A stretch of DNA of 64,000 bases from Oligoflexales bacterium. GTDB taxonomy: Bacteria > Myxococcota_A > UBA9042 > DTJE01. Positions 48,294 through 58,586 of the stretch are shown here, one piece after another. The stretch's first letter is position 1. Every line of letters starts with the position of its first letter. The translations under genes were made by a program, and so were the position numbers. The notes beneath the pieces are model-generated. The model had not been told where the DNA came from and made no database searches. It saw nothing but the letters and a program-made list of their open reading frames with translations. The stretch spans positions 2,059 to 66,058 of the forward strand of contig DUVQ01000098.1 of the NCBI GenBank assembly GCA_012840965.1, given 5' to 3'.

Positions 48294-49722
48294 AAAACTT
48301 ACTAACCGTGAAAAACTGCAGATCAAGCCTGTTCCTATGACGTCTCAGGACCCGCTGGTGCGCAGACAGAATATCAACGAGGTCCCGCTGGGATACACCG
48401 AACAAGAGGCAATGGCCGAGGCCGTTAGGTGCCTTTTTTGTAAAAACCCTCCGTGTATGAAGGGATGCCCTGTATCGGTCGATATCCCTGGATTTATTGC
48501 ACTAGTCGCTGAAGGGAAATTCCATGAGGCGGCAGTCAGGATTAAGCAGACCAACATTTTGCCGGCAGTCTGTGGGCGCGTGTGCCCTCAAGAAGAGCAG
48601 TGTGAAGCGCACTGTATGGTCGCTAAATCCCATAAATCCACGGACATGAGCGTCAAGATCGGGCGCCTAGAGCGCTTTGTTGCGGACTGGGACCGCAAGC
48701 ATAATCCTGTGCACAAGCCGGTTGAGGTTAAAAAGACTGGAAAGCGGGTGGCCGTTGTTGGAGCAGGACCTGCAGGCCTTACAGTTGCTGGGGATTTGGC
48801 CCTTTTGGGTCATCAAGTCACCATCTATGAGGCACTTCATCGGGCAGGTGGTGTGCTAGTTTATGGCATTCCAGAATTCAGGCTTCCTAAAGAGATAGTC
48901 GATTATGAAGTTGATGGTCTAAGGGCGCTTGGTGTTGAGATAAAGTTCAACGTGGCCATTGGGAAGTCCAAGTCGATTGCTGACCTGTTTGACGAAGGCT
49001 ACGACGCGGTTTTTGTTGGAACCGGTGCTGGCCTGCCTATGTTTAAAAAGATTCCTGGCGAAAACTATCTTGGCGTTTATTCTGCCAACGAGTATCTGAC
49101 CAGGGCCAACTTGATGAACGCTTATGGCTTTCCCCACGAGTCGGACACTCCCATTTTGCGTGGGCGCAACGTGGTGACCTTTGGTGGCGGAAACGTGGCC
49201 ATGGACTCTGCTAGAACAGCCTTGCGTCTTGGTGCCGAGACCTCGACGATCCTTTATCGGCGCTCCGAGGCTGAAATGCCTGCTCGAATCGAAGAGATTC
49301 ACCATGCCAAGGAAGAGGGCATCGAGTTTAGACTTCTACAAGATGCAATCGAGATTTTGGGTGACGAAGAGGGGTGGGTCACTGGTTGTAAATGCCTGAA
49401 GATGGAGTTGGGCGAGCCTGACGCCAGTGGCAGACGACGACCTGTTCCGATTCAGGGCAGCGAGTTTGTGATCCCAGCTGACGTGGTGGTTGTGGCAATT
49501 GGAAATGGTCCAAACCCGATTGTTACCCAGACCACTCCAGAGCTTTCCACCAACAAGTGGGGCAACATTGTGGCCGATCCTGAAACTGCTAAGACGACCA
49601 TGCGTGGCGTTTGGGCAGGTGGCGACATTGTACTGGGGGCAGCCACGGTCATTTTGGCAATGGGCGAAGGGCGCCGTGCCGCGCAATCCATCCACGAGTA
49701 TTTGACTACTGGCGTTTGGTAG
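48286..49722 (+). CDS. GltD-like NAD(P)H-dependent oxidoreductase subunit (NfnB/SudA-like)
   Basis: Two Cys clusters (CLFCKNPPCMKGCP, CGRVCPQEEQCEAHC) followed by VAVVGAGPAGL.... ATGGCTGA overlap with the upstream subunit. Confidence 0.8.
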   Translation: MAEKLTNREKLQIKPVPMTSQDPLVRRQNINEVPLGYTEQEAMAEAVRCLFCKNPPCMKGCPVSVDIPGFIALVAEGKFHEAAVRIKQTNILPAVCGRVCPQEEQCEAHCMVAKSHKSTDMSVKIGRLERFVADWDRKHNPVHKPVEVKKTGKRVAVVGAGPAGLTVAGDLALLGHQVTIYEALHRAGGVLVYGIPEFRLPKEIVDYEVDGLRALGVEIKFNVAIGKSKSIADLFDEGYDAVFVGTGAGLPMFKKIPGENYLGVYSANEYLTRANLMNAYGFPHESDTPILRGRNVVTFGGGNVAMDSARTALRLGAETSTILYRRSEAEMPARIEEIHHAKEEGIEFRLLQDAIEILGDEEGWVTGCKCLKMELGEPDASGRRRPVPIQGSEFVIPADVVVVAIGNGPNPIVTQTTPELSTNKWGNIVADPETAKTTMRGVWAGGDIVLGAATVILAMGEGRRAAQSIHEYLTTGVW

Positions 49723-49753
49723 TTGAATCAGTCCGCAACAGCTGGAAATTCCA

Positions 49754-50119
49754 TCACTTTTGAGGGGCTCTTGAATCCGCTAGGTGGCCTTGACCTAAAA
49801 GCAGCCTCAAAAACATGGCCAGACGCAAGCGCATTTCCGTTTCTTCAGGCCACTGATCGGCAAGCAACTGCGCGATTTCTTCGCCAGTTTTGCTGCCATC
49901 ACAATGTTTCCAAACAAAAGAACCAAAGGGATCAAGGCGAATTGAGAAGTCAGGCTTTTTTAACAAAGGGACAAGTATCCGTTTAAGGACGTAGCCATCA
50001 AAGCGCGGAACCGAGATTGAGACCCTGTCATCCTCACCCAAAGTAAAGGCCCGCGCCGGAACAGGTTTTGTGGCCAAAACGCCATCAACCCAAGCTGGTT
50101 GTTTTAACTGATCAGTCAT
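49754..50119 (-). CDS. PqqD-like (RRE-type) small protein
   Basis: ...FVWKHCDGSKTGEEIAQLLADQWPE...RLAMFLRLLLGQGHL parallels the PqqD core. Start abuts the carbamoyltransferase stop. Confidence 0.5.
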   Translation of the reverse strand: MTDQLKQPAWVDGVLATKPVPARAFTLGEDDRVSISVPRFDGYVLKRILVPLLKKPDFSIRLDPFGSFVWKHCDGSKTGEEIAQLLADQWPEETEMRLRLAMFLRLLLGQGHLADSRAPQK

Positions 50120-51880
50120 CTATTCTGGCCAATCCTTAGGTTCCAAGACAGGCCTTTGGCCATTTTCCAGGGCCTCGCCCTTTACCAGATAGCAGTTTTC
50201 CATGGCAAGGCAGTCCATGTCTTCCTTTAAAAAGCATGTCAAACCGTCACCATAGTCCAAAATTATTGGTTCCCCGCGAATGTTAAACGATGTGTTTAGC
50301 AGTACTGGCACACCTGTCAGTTCCCCAAAACGGACTATCAAGTCGTGAAACTTCTGATTTTGTTCCCTAGTTACCGTTTGCAATCTGGCGGTTCCATCAA
50401 CGTGGGTAACTGCGCCCAAAACACCAACTTTGTCTGGTCTAGTCCTAGAGACAAGCAGCATGAATGGGCTTTCAAATGCAGGCTCAAAATAATCGGCGCA
50501 ACGATCCGCCGGCACCGCTGGGGCAAAGGGTCGAAAATCCTCGCGGTGCTTGACCCTGCGGTTAATAATGTCCTTCATATCTGGGATGGTTGGATTGGCC
50601 AGAATCGACCTGTTGCCCAAGGCTCTTGGACCGAACTCCATCCTGCCTTGGATCCAACCGATAATTCGGCCCTTTGCAAGGTCTACGGCCGCCCTGTCTC
50701 GCAGCTCCTCGAAGTTGTCGTACCGTTTGTATGGCATTTCCCTAAGCTTAAGAAATCGTTCGATTTCATCTGGATCATTGGCTGGCCCCAAAAATCCGTT
50801 TTTCATGGTCCATTGCCTTGGTTTGTCCAGGACCTGGTGCCAGTAGTACAAGGTGCTGCCAAGCGAGCCCCCATCGTCACCAGATGCAGGCTGGATGAAC
50901 ATCTTTTCAAAGGGCAGGTGTTCCAAAATGATGCCATTGGCCACGCTATTTAGGCCAACCCCACCAGCGACACACAGGTTTTTCATCCCCGTTTCTTCAT
51001 AAAGACTGCTAGCCGCCTTCAAAGCAATAGTTTCAACCACCTTTTGCATGCTTGCGGCAATATCGTAATCTCGCATGGTAATTTCAGATTCTGGCACTCT
51101 TGGCTGGCCAAACTTTTTGACAAATTTGGAGCTGTACATCACGGTATCGCGGAAAAATGCAAAATAATCGAGGTTCATCAAAAAACTACCATCTTCTCGG
51201 ACAGTTATCATGTCAGCTATCATCTGATCATAATAAACAGGCTCCCCATAGGAGGCCAGTCCCATGACCTTGCCTTCCCCGCCGTTTACCCGAAAGCCCA
51301 AAAATGCAGTAAAGGTGCTGTACCAAAGGCCAAGGCTGTGTGGATAGCGCATCTCATGGGTCAGGTGGATCTTGTTACCTCGTCCAACCCCCTTGGTCAT
51401 TGTGGCCCATTCGCCGACCCCATCCATGGTTAGGATCGCAGCCTCATCAAAGCCAGATGCAAAGAAAGAAGAAGAGGCATGGGCGTAGTGATGGTCCGCA
51501 AAAAAGACCTCACCTTTAAAGTCCAAGTTGTACTGGATCATTTCTTTGATAAAAAGCTTGTACTTAAGCCACAGCGGCATCGAATCTGCGAACTGGCCAA
51601 ATCCCCTTGGAAATGACTGCGCGTTCATGGTGATTATGCGCTCAAACTTCTGGAGCGGCTTTTCGTAAAACACGACCGCGTCAATATCTTTTTGCTCAAT
51701 ACCGCCAATTTTAAGACACGCCTCTATGGCCTGACTTGGAAAGTCCAGCGAGTGCTTTTTGCGTGAAAATCGTTCTTCCGCAGCGGCCGCGACGATGTTT
51801 CCATCCATCATCAAAGTCGCAGAAGAGTCATGGTACATGAACGAAAGTCCAAGTATGTTCATTTTCTTTTTATCCTTCAT
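50120..51880 (-). CDS. carbamoyltransferase (NodU/CmcH/TobZ family)
   Basis: MNILGLSFMYHDSSATLMMDGNIVAAAAEERFSRKKH... N-terminal ASKHA-like domain. 586 aa. The true start is possibly the internal MNILG at 51862. Confidence 0.8.
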   Translation of the reverse strand: MKDKKKMNILGLSFMYHDSSATLMMDGNIVAAAAEERFSRKKHSLDFPSQAIEACLKIGGIEQKDIDAVVFYEKPLQKFERIITMNAQSFPRGFGQFADSMPLWLKYKLFIKEMIQYNLDFKGEVFFADHHYAHASSSFFASGFDEAAILTMDGVGEWATMTKGVGRGNKIHLTHEMRYPHSLGLWYSTFTAFLGFRVNGGEGKVMGLASYGEPVYYDQMIADMITVREDGSFLMNLDYFAFFRDTVMYSSKFVKKFGQPRVPESEITMRDYDIAASMQKVVETIALKAASSLYEETGMKNLCVAGGVGLNSVANGIILEHLPFEKMFIQPASGDDGGSLGSTLYYWHQVLDKPRQWTMKNGFLGPANDPDEIERFLKLREMPYKRYDNFEELRDRAAVDLAKGRIIGWIQGRMEFGPRALGNRSILANPTIPDMKDIINRRVKHREDFRPFAPAVPADRCADYFEPAFESPFMLLVSRTRPDKVGVLGAVTHVDGTARLQTVTREQNQKFHDLIVRFGELTGVPVLLNTSFNIRGEPIILDYGDGLTCFLKEDMDCLAMENCYLVKGEALENGQRPVLEPKDWPE

Positions 51881-51883
51881 TCA

Positions 51884-52225
51884 TTAGAAGGGCTCAGCCA
51901 AATCCTTTACAAAGCTTTCAGGCGCAGGCCTTGGATGCCAGAAAGTTTCAGCGGTTTTCTTTTTACCAAGCGGCCTTTTCCCTGAAATCCACAAAAACAG
52001 CTTGGCCAAGGGAAATCCCAAATAAAACACAAAGGCCAGAACAATCTTGTTCCAAAAACGGGCCTGTTTTTGAAAAGACATCCCTATGGAACTGCTTACA
52101 GGATTTGAACCCCACGTCAGCAATTTCGCAAACCAGAATCTGGGTTTGTATGGCAGCAACAGGGAAATTGAGCATACGATAGCGCCACTTACCCTAAGCC
52201 ACAGTGCTTTCAACTTGCCTTTCAT
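51884..52225 (-). CDS. small membrane protein (possibly SxtJ-like; inference)
   Basis: 113 aa, two hydrophobic segments, translationally coupled between the PP-loop and carbamoyltransferase genes. Confidence 0.45.
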   Translation of the reverse strand: MKGKLKALWLRVSGAIVCSISLLLPYKPRFWFAKLLTWGSNPVSSSIGMSFQKQARFWNKIVLAFVFYLGFPLAKLFLWISGKRPLGKKKTAETFWHPRPAPESFVKDLAEPF

Positions 52226-52228
52226 TTT

Positions 52229-52993
52229 CTAGCTCTCCTGTGGCCCTTCAATCAGTTTGGCTAGGCGCGAATCCGGCCCCTTTTCCAAGTACTCTTTGGT
52301 CATTTCTTCAACCATATCCAGCTTTTCCTTGTAATAGGCTGCCATCTTCTTTTCAAATTCCTCAAACGGCATTTTATGCAGGGTGCTTCGCAAGAACATG
52401 GCATACAAAACCTGCTGCTCACACACAAACTGCAAGTCATCCTTTTGACCCTTAACCTTGGGATTTCTTGAATATCTTAGTTCATACAGGATTTGCTCAG
52501 TAAGCTCGCCCTCTTCGTAGATGGGCGTTTCATAAGTTATCCCAAAGGTTGCATATAGCTGCCTCAGGCGATTTAGCATGATTACTTCGTTTTGCTCTGG
52601 ATAAACGTTTGCAATCCGAACAGCCCCATCGGCTATGTGTTTGATTCCATTTTCCAAACAGTAAATCAACGCCCGCCAGTGAAACGACACCTTACACTGG
52701 CCACACATGGACAACACCATCTTTTTATGTTTGCGATAATGGGTCCAATAACGCTCATACATCACAAACTTAAGTAGCTTATCTGTCTTAATGAATTGGT
52801 GGACAAACTTGTTGGGGCTATTTACGTGCGTTTCAAGCCGTTTTACCCCCGCTAACACATGCTCTGTCCCATGAGTGCCCTTGCGCAAAAACGTCAGCAA
52901 ATGCACTTGGTCAAAGCGTTTGGCCATTTTGATAGCGACCAAAGAGGAATCAGAGCCAGCAGAATACAAAACTGCAACGGAATTGTTTTCCAA
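52229..52993 (-). CDS. PP-loop ATP pyrophosphatase-family protein (QueC/ExsB-like)
   Basis: N-terminal VAVLYSAGSDSS (SGGxDS variant). Later Cys cluster ...MCGQC.... Confidence 0.55.
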   Translation of the reverse strand: MENNSVAVLYSAGSDSSLVAIKMAKRFDQVHLLTFLRKGTHGTEHVLAGVKRLETHVNSPNKFVHQFIKTDKLLKFVMYERYWTHYRKHKKMVLSMCGQCKVSFHWRALIYCLENGIKHIADGAVRIANVYPEQNEVIMLNRLRQLYATFGITYETPIYEEGELTEQILYELRYSRNPKVKGQKDDLQFVCEQQVLYAMFLRSTLHKMPFEEFEKKMAAYYKEKLDMVEEMTKEYLEKGPDSRLAKLIEGPQES

Positions 52994-52998
52994 GGGGC

Positions 52999-53169
52999 CC
53001 CCTAAAAGATAGCGTAAAAGAAAGGCAAAAGAACTGGTGATTCAACAATAACTAGCAGCAAAACACCTATTAAAAGCATGGTCAGGATTGGGATTAAAAA
53101 CCATGTTTTCTTGTGCCATATCATCTTGGAAAACTGAACTATAAGGCCAAGTCTGCGCCGTTTCATCAT
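52999..53169 (-). CDS. unannotated small membrane protein, 56 aa (possibly SxtK/DUF5989-like)
   Basis: Minus-strand MMKRRRLGLIVQFSKMIWHKKTWFLIPILTMLLIGVLLLVIVESPVLLPFFYAIF*. Its ATG overlaps the upstream TGA (ATGA at 53169-53166). Not in the ORF track, which has a 60-aa cutoff. Confidence 0.5.
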
Positions 53170-54521
53170 TCATCCTTTTGCTCAAGGCCTTGTAACCATT
53201 TCTCAATCTCAGGCTCAAGCATATCCGCTAGGATTTCATGGCCTTTGATCCCAAGGTGGAAAGGATCCCCACAGCCTGACGAGTACGGCAACGGCTCGTA
53301 TGGCTGACAGTCAGCGTCCGGGCCATCAGGATACATGGCATCTAGCTTTGGTTCAAAATCAATTAACGTTACATTTGGAAATCTTTCAGCCAATCCCCTC
53401 ATGTGAGCGTTTTCCATGTCCATGTAAGTTTTTGATTGTTCAGAAATAACTCTTTTATCAGCAGAAACGGTTGCCACAAACACGTGGGCTTTGTGAGACT
53501 GAGCCACTTTTACTATCGCGTCCATATTTGCGGCGTAACGGCTGAAAACCTCTTCTATAACCTTGTCAGTGACTTCGTAAGTGTGGTCGTATCTCTGACT
53601 CCAGATAATGTACAACGACATTCTTATAAAGGCTGATTGGTTAAAGAGAACTTGGAACGCAGAACCAGACAATTCGTCGTTGATCGAGGTATTGTTTGTT
53701 AACCTGAATTCGTTGTGGGCGTTCAGGTCCTGGTGACCTATGTACAGCAAAAGAGCGTCTAGGTGGTCCAACGTTGCAAAGCGGCGTTTAGTTATCTCCA
53801 GAAGGTGATTGCTTGCGAGCCCACCTGCTTCGAAATAGAGGAAGTTAGCCCTGCCCTTGAAGCGCTTAGCCAAAATGGCTGAAAAAGGTGTCCTATGAAT
53901 CCGCTCTAAATTGGCAGGGGAACTGCCGATAGTTGCTAGAGTCGGCTTATCAGCTTCATATTCAGGTGGCGGAGCCATGGATGGATATTCGGAAATGCGC
54001 AAAGGCTGGTATTTATTGTGAATAATAGTGTCGCAAGCGGCTTCAAGTACCAAAAGCATCCCTAGGGTGATCCAGACCCCAGTAATCCAGCTTTCCTTTT
54101 TCTTTACCGCCGGTTTGGGTAAGGTCTTGGCCAGAAACACCGCAATTCCAATCCAGGCAAGTACGGCCAAAATGGCTAAGGGGTGATCCGCTAAAGTGAT
54201 CCTACCCATGTGAAGCAGTTCGAATATGGCAAGCCAAACAGCGATAGACGCCGCGACACGTTTTTTTCTAAAAACGGTGACTAAGAAAACTATGGACAGA
54301 ATGAAAATCCCTGACAAATCAAGCCATCTGAAAATCGTAAGTGGTGGATCCCCAAAAGATATAATCTGTCCAATAAGGTCAACTAAAGTGGAGAGAACTC
54401 GCCATATGGCCCATACCATGGCAGTGACAGTAGCTACAAAGATGACCCTTTCTTTACGCATCCCTTGGTCGACCTCGCGGTGCAATCGCCGAAAACTACC
54501 ACACTCCGTCCGAGGTCTCAA
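53166..54521 (-). CDS. polytopic membrane protein with C-terminal SGNH/GDSL-like hydrolase domain
   Basis: 4-5 N-terminal TM helices, then ...TIGSSP... (block I-like) and a terminal ...GDPFHLGIKGHEILADML (DxxH block V). The true start is possibly the internal Met at 54461. Confidence 0.55.
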   Translation of the reverse strand: MRPRTECGSFRRLHREVDQGMRKERVIFVATVTAMVWAIWRVLSTLVDLIGQIISFGDPPLTIFRWLDLSGIFILSIVFLVTVFRKKRVAASIAVWLAIFELLHMGRITLADHPLAILAVLAWIGIAVFLAKTLPKPAVKKKESWITGVWITLGMLLVLEAACDTIIHNKYQPLRISEYPSMAPPPEYEADKPTLATIGSSPANLERIHRTPFSAILAKRFKGRANFLYFEAGGLASNHLLEITKRRFATLDHLDALLLYIGHQDLNAHNEFRLTNNTSINDELSGSAFQVLFNQSAFIRMSLYIIWSQRYDHTYEVTDKVIEEVFSRYAANMDAIVKVAQSHKAHVFVATVSADKRVISEQSKTYMDMENAHMRGLAERFPNVTLIDFEPKLDAMYPDGPDADCQPYEPLPYSSGCGDPFHLGIKGHEILADMLEPEIEKWLQGLEQKDE

Positions 54522-54680
54522 TTTATCAAAGCCGAAAATTAGGGATTAATAATTGCAACCAATAGTTGCACACTAAGTCATTTGGCGGTATCAGAGTCTG
54601 CGGACTTTGATGTTTATCAAATCTGTGTAGTTTAATTGGTGCGTACAAGCTTGCGGAGGGATACCTTGAAATCAACAGCA

Positions 54681-57600
54681 ATGCAGGAACTAGTTCAAGG
54701 GGCAGCTGCCTTTTCAGATTTTCGCCTCAAGGCCTTGGCTGATTCGCTGGGCGAGATAATTCCAGGGATTAAGCAGGTTTCAGCAAGCTTCGTTTATCTG
54801 CTCGATCTGGACGCCCCCTTGAATGAAGCCATAAGGGCTAGGATTTTAGAGCTGCTTGACGCAACTGATGAGCCGCTGCTGCCAGGGTGCTTTTTTGTGA
54901 CTCCTAGGCTTGGAACCATTTCTCCTTGGTCGTCAAAAGCCATTAACATCCTTCACAATTGCGAGTTGACGGCGGTGCGACGAGTTGAGCGTGGCATAGC
55001 GTTTTGTGTAAAGGACAGTGCTGGAAAATCGCTGGGGCCTGCCGATCTGGCCAAGGCGCTTGACCTGCTTTATGACAAGATGACTGAGGGGGTGTATGAA
55101 AACGTTGACAATTTCTTTTACTCGCAGCCACCGGCCCCAGGCGTCGTCTTTGATCTAAAAAATGGTGGAATCGACGTCTTACATAAGGCAAATGCGAAAA
55201 TGGGATTGGCCTTATCAGATGATGAAATTGACTACCTGTACCAAGCCTACTCAAAGGCTGGTCGAAATCCCACCGACAGCGAACTTGTGATGTTTGGCCA
55301 GGTAAATTCGGAGCACTGCCGCCATAAAATCTTTAACGCCGACTGGGTAATCGATGGCGAGCCCCAACAGCATACCCTGTTTCAGATGATCAAGCATACC
55401 CACGCATGCAGTCCAAAAGGAACGCTTGTCGCGTACAAGGACAACTCAAGCGTGGCGCAGGGGCATTTAGTGCAAGCCTTTGAAATCAATGACGAAGGTT
55501 CCTACAGCTTTCAAGAAGACCAAATCGACATGATTATGAAGGTCGAGACTCATAATCATCCAACGGCGATTTCCCCATTTGCTGGTGCGGCCACTGGTGT
55601 TGGAGGGGAGATTCGCGACGAATCTGCTACTGGGACTGGTTCAAAGAGCAAGGCTGGGTTGGCTGGATTTATGGTTTCCAACTTACGCATCCCAGGTCAT
55701 ATCCAGCCTTGGGAGGTTGAGCATTCCAAGCACCCAGCACGACTTGCGACTCCTTTGTCGATCATGCTTGATGGGCCGTTGGGTGGGGCTTCATTTGGAA
55801 ACGAGTTTGGTCGTCCTCAACTTGCTGGATTCTTTAGGACCTTTGAAGATCTGGTAAACGGTCGTCATCGTGGATACCACAAGCCAATAATGCTTGCTGG
55901 TGGTATGGGAAACATCAGGCGTAGTCAGGTTTACAAAAAGAAGCTTAAACCAGGCGATCTGATTGTTCAGCTAGGTGGTCCTTCCATGCGCATCGGTCTT
56001 GGCGGTGGTGCGGCGTCGTCTATGGACACCGGTGTAAATGAGGCCGCCTTGGATTTTGACTCGGTCCAACGCGGAAATGCTGAGGTTCAGCGTCGCTGCC
56101 AGGAGGTTATCGATGCATGCGTCACCATGGGGGATGATAATCCCATCATAAGCATCCACGATGTTGGAGCTGGCGGTCTTTCTAACGCCTGTCCAGAGCT
56201 GGTTGAAGACACTGGCGCCATTTTCCAGCTTAGGGATATCCCAAACGAGGAACCTTCGATGAATCCCATGGAGATTTGGTGCTGCGAGGCTCAGGAGCGC
56301 TACGTGTTGGCCATAGATCCAAATGATCGAGCGCTATTTGAAGGGCTGTGTAAAAGGGAGCGCTGCCCAGTGGCATTCATAGGTGTGGCAACTGGTGACG
56401 AGCGCCTTGTGGTTGAAGATAGCTATTTTAATGACCGCCCAATCGACATGGATATCAGGGTGTTGCTTGGAAAGCCCCCGAAAATGCAGCGAAGCATCCA
56501 ACGGGCCGAGGTCAAACCTCCACCCCTCGATTTGGAACATGTCGCCATCGAAGACGCGATTTACCGGGTTTTAAATCTGCCCGCGGTCGCCGATAAGTCG
56601 TTTTTAATAACTATTACAGACCGTTCCGTTACAGGTCTGGTTCATAGGGATCAGCTGGTTGGTCCATATCAAATCCCAGTTGCAGATTGTGCTGTGACTG
56701 CCACCAGTTACCTTTCATACAAGGGTGAAGCGATGGCAATGGGCGAGCGGTCTCCTATCGCGCTGATAAGCGGCCCTGCATCTGGTCGTATTGCGATTGG
56801 CGAGGCGCTGACCAATCTGGCCGGCGCAAATATTGGCGAAATTGGAAACGTTAAGCTGTCGGCAAACTGGATGTGTGCCTGTGGTGAGGACAACGAGGAC
56901 GCCCAGCTTTTTGACACCGTTAAAGCCGTTGGGATGGAGCTATGCCCAGCTCTCGGCGTGTCCATTCCAGTAGGTAAAGACTCGCTTTCAATGCGCAGTG
57001 TCTGGCAGGATGAATCAGGTCAAAATCGTCGCCAGACCTCGCCTTTAAGCTTGGTTGTCAGTTCATTTGCACCGGTCCAAGACATTCGCAAAACGGTGAC
57101 CCCGGATCTAAAACCGGTCGATTCAAGCTTGATCTTGATTGACCTTGGAGCTGGCAAAAATCGCCTAGGTGGCAGTGCTTTAGCACAAGTCTACAACCAA
57201 GTCGGCGATGAGGCCCCAGACCTGGATGATCCTGTGAAGTTCAAGGCTTTTTGGTCCGCTATCCAGGAATTAGTGGATAAAGGGCTACTTTTGGCCATCC
57301 ACGACCGCTCTGACGGTGGTTTGTTCATCACTCTTTCAGAAATGGCGATGGCTGGTGGTCGTGGATTTGAAGTCACCTTGCCGGGTAATTCCACGACAGC
57401 CAAAGCCCAGCTCTTTAGTGAAGAATTGGGTGTTGTGATACAGGTTGCCGACCGTGAACCAGTGTTGGACCTGCTAAACAAGCATGGCCTTTCAGACATC
57501 TGTTTCACGTTGGGTACTGTCAAAACAGATAACCACCTGATTTTCAAATCAAATGAAGGCTCCACCCTAGTCTCGACAACCATTACTGACGTGCGTCGCC

Positions 57601-58529
57601 AGTGGTCCGCTTTGTCATACAAGATTCGCTCAATTCGCGAAAATCCGGCGTGTGCCACGCAAGAATATGAAAAGGCGATATCGCCTGACGCAAAAGGCAG
57701 GCAGTACAAGCTAACTTATGACTTGCTGCCAAAACCAGTCAACTTGAATCTGACTAAGCCAAAGGTGGCGATTTTGCGTGAGCAGGGCGTAAATGGCCAT
57801 GTCGAAATGGCCGCCGCCTACACATCTGTCGGCTTTGATGCGGTAGATGTTCACATGACCGATCTTTTAGCAGGTCGAATAAACCTTGACGGTTTTACTG
57901 GCTTGACCGTCTGCGGCGGTTTTAGTTATGGCGATGTGTTGGGCGCAGGTACCGGATGGGCCAGGTCAATCCTGTTTAATCCAACCATGAAAGCCATGTT
58001 TACCCGGTTTTTTGCAAGGCAAGACACCTTCACACTTGGGGTTTGTAATGGGTGCCAGACTATCTCTCAGCTAAAAAGCATCATTGACGGCGCAGCCCAC
58101 TGGCCACGATTCATGGCCAACGTCAGTGGTCAGTTTGAGGCCAGGTACTCAACTGTCAGGATAATGCCATCGCCATCAGTCCTTTTGCGTGGGATGGAAG
58201 GGGCCCGTATCCCAGTCCCATCGGCCCATGGTGAAGGGCTTGTGACATTTGCAAGCGACGAGGACAAAAAGGCCGCCTTAGCCGCCGTGTGCTACGTTGA
58301 CAATGATGGGAATTGCACCCAGCAATATCCTGAAAATCCCAATGGTTCTGTTGGCGGCATGACTGGTTTTACGACAACTGATGGGCGCGTGCTAATCATG
58401 ATGCCGCACCCCGAGCGTGCCTTCAGGTCCGTCCAGCTAGCTTACAGACCTGCTGACATGTTTGCTGGCGAAGCCGGTCCTTGGCTACGCATGTTCCAAA
58501 ATGCATATGCTTTTGCCACTGGGCGATAA
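54681..58529 (+). CDS. purL: phosphoribosylformylglycinamidine synthase (single-chain, large PurL)
   Basis: [19 protein letters not shown]... parallels E. coli PurL [20 protein letters not shown]. C-terminal glutaminase domain ...[16 protein letters not shown].... Confidence 0.9.
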   Translation: MQELVQGAAAFSDFRLKALADSLGEIIPGIKQVSASFVYLLDLDAPLNEAIRARILELLDATDEPLLPGCFFVTPRLGTISPWSSKAINILHNCELTAVRRVERGIAFCVKDSAGKSLGPADLAKALDLLYDKMTEGVYENVDNFFYSQPPAPGVVFDLKNGGIDVLHKANAKMGLALSDDEIDYLYQAYSKAGRNPTDSELVMFGQVNSEHCRHKIFNADWVIDGEPQQHTLFQMIKHTHACSPKGTLVAYKDNSSVAQGHLVQAFEINDEGSYSFQEDQIDMIMKVETHNHPTAISPFAGAATGVGGEIRDESATGTGSKSKAGLAGFMVSNLRIPGHIQPWEVEHSKHPARLATPLSIMLDGPLGGASFGNEFGRPQLAGFFRTFEDLVNGRHRGYHKPIMLAGGMGNIRRSQVYKKKLKPGDLIVQLGGPSMRIGLGGGAASSMDTGVNEAALDFDSVQRGNAEVQRRCQEVIDACVTMGDDNPIISIHDVGAGGLSNACPELVEDTGAIFQLRDIPNEEPSMNPMEIWCCEAQERYVLAIDPNDRALFEGLCKRERCPVAFIGVATGDERLVVEDSYFNDRPIDMDIRVLLGKPPKMQRSIQRAEVKPPPLDLEHVAIEDAIYRVLNLPAVADKSFLITITDRSVTGLVHRDQLVGPYQIPVADCAVTATSYLSYKGEAMAMGERSPIALISGPASGRIAIGEALTNLAGANIGEIGNVKLSANWMCACGEDNEDAQLFDTVKAVGMELCPALGVSIPVGKDSLSMRSVWQDESGQNRRQTSPLSLVVSSFAPVQDIRKTVTPDLKPVDSSLILIDLGAGKNRLGGSALAQVYNQVGDEAPDLDDPVKFKAFWSAIQELVDKGLLLAIHDRSDGGLFITLSEMAMAGGRGFEVTLPGNSTTAKAQLFSEELGVVIQVADREPVLDLLNKHGLSDICFTLGTVKTDNHLIFKSNEGSTLVSTTITDVRRQWSALSYKIRSIRENPACATQEYEKAISPDAKGRQYKLTYDLLPKPVNLNLTKPKVAILREQGVNGHVEMAAAYTSVGFDAVDVHMTDLLAGRINLDGFTGLTVCGGFSYGDVLGAGTGWARSILFNPTMKAMFTRFFARQDTFTLGVCNGCQTISQLKSIIDGAAHWPRFMANVSGQFEARYSTVRIMPSPSVLLRGMEGARIPVPSAHGEGLVTFASDEDKKAALAAVCYVDNDGNCTQQYPENPNGSVGGMTGFTTTDGRVLIMMPHPERAFRSVQLAYRPADMFAGEAGPWLRMFQNAYAFATGR

Positions 58530-58586
58530 ATGACTACAATGCAGACCTTAGTGGTGTCCTTTTGCCGTTTTACAAGGGGGGAGTTG

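Noticed and set aside
49754-54521. Interpreting the PqqD-like + PP-loop pair as a lasso-peptide (B1/C) cluster
   Set aside because: The PP-loop protein is 254 aa, far short of an Asn-synthetase-like lasso cyclase of about 600 aa. There is no B2 protease or plausible precursor peptide. The carbamoyltransferase and SGNH genes point elsewhere.
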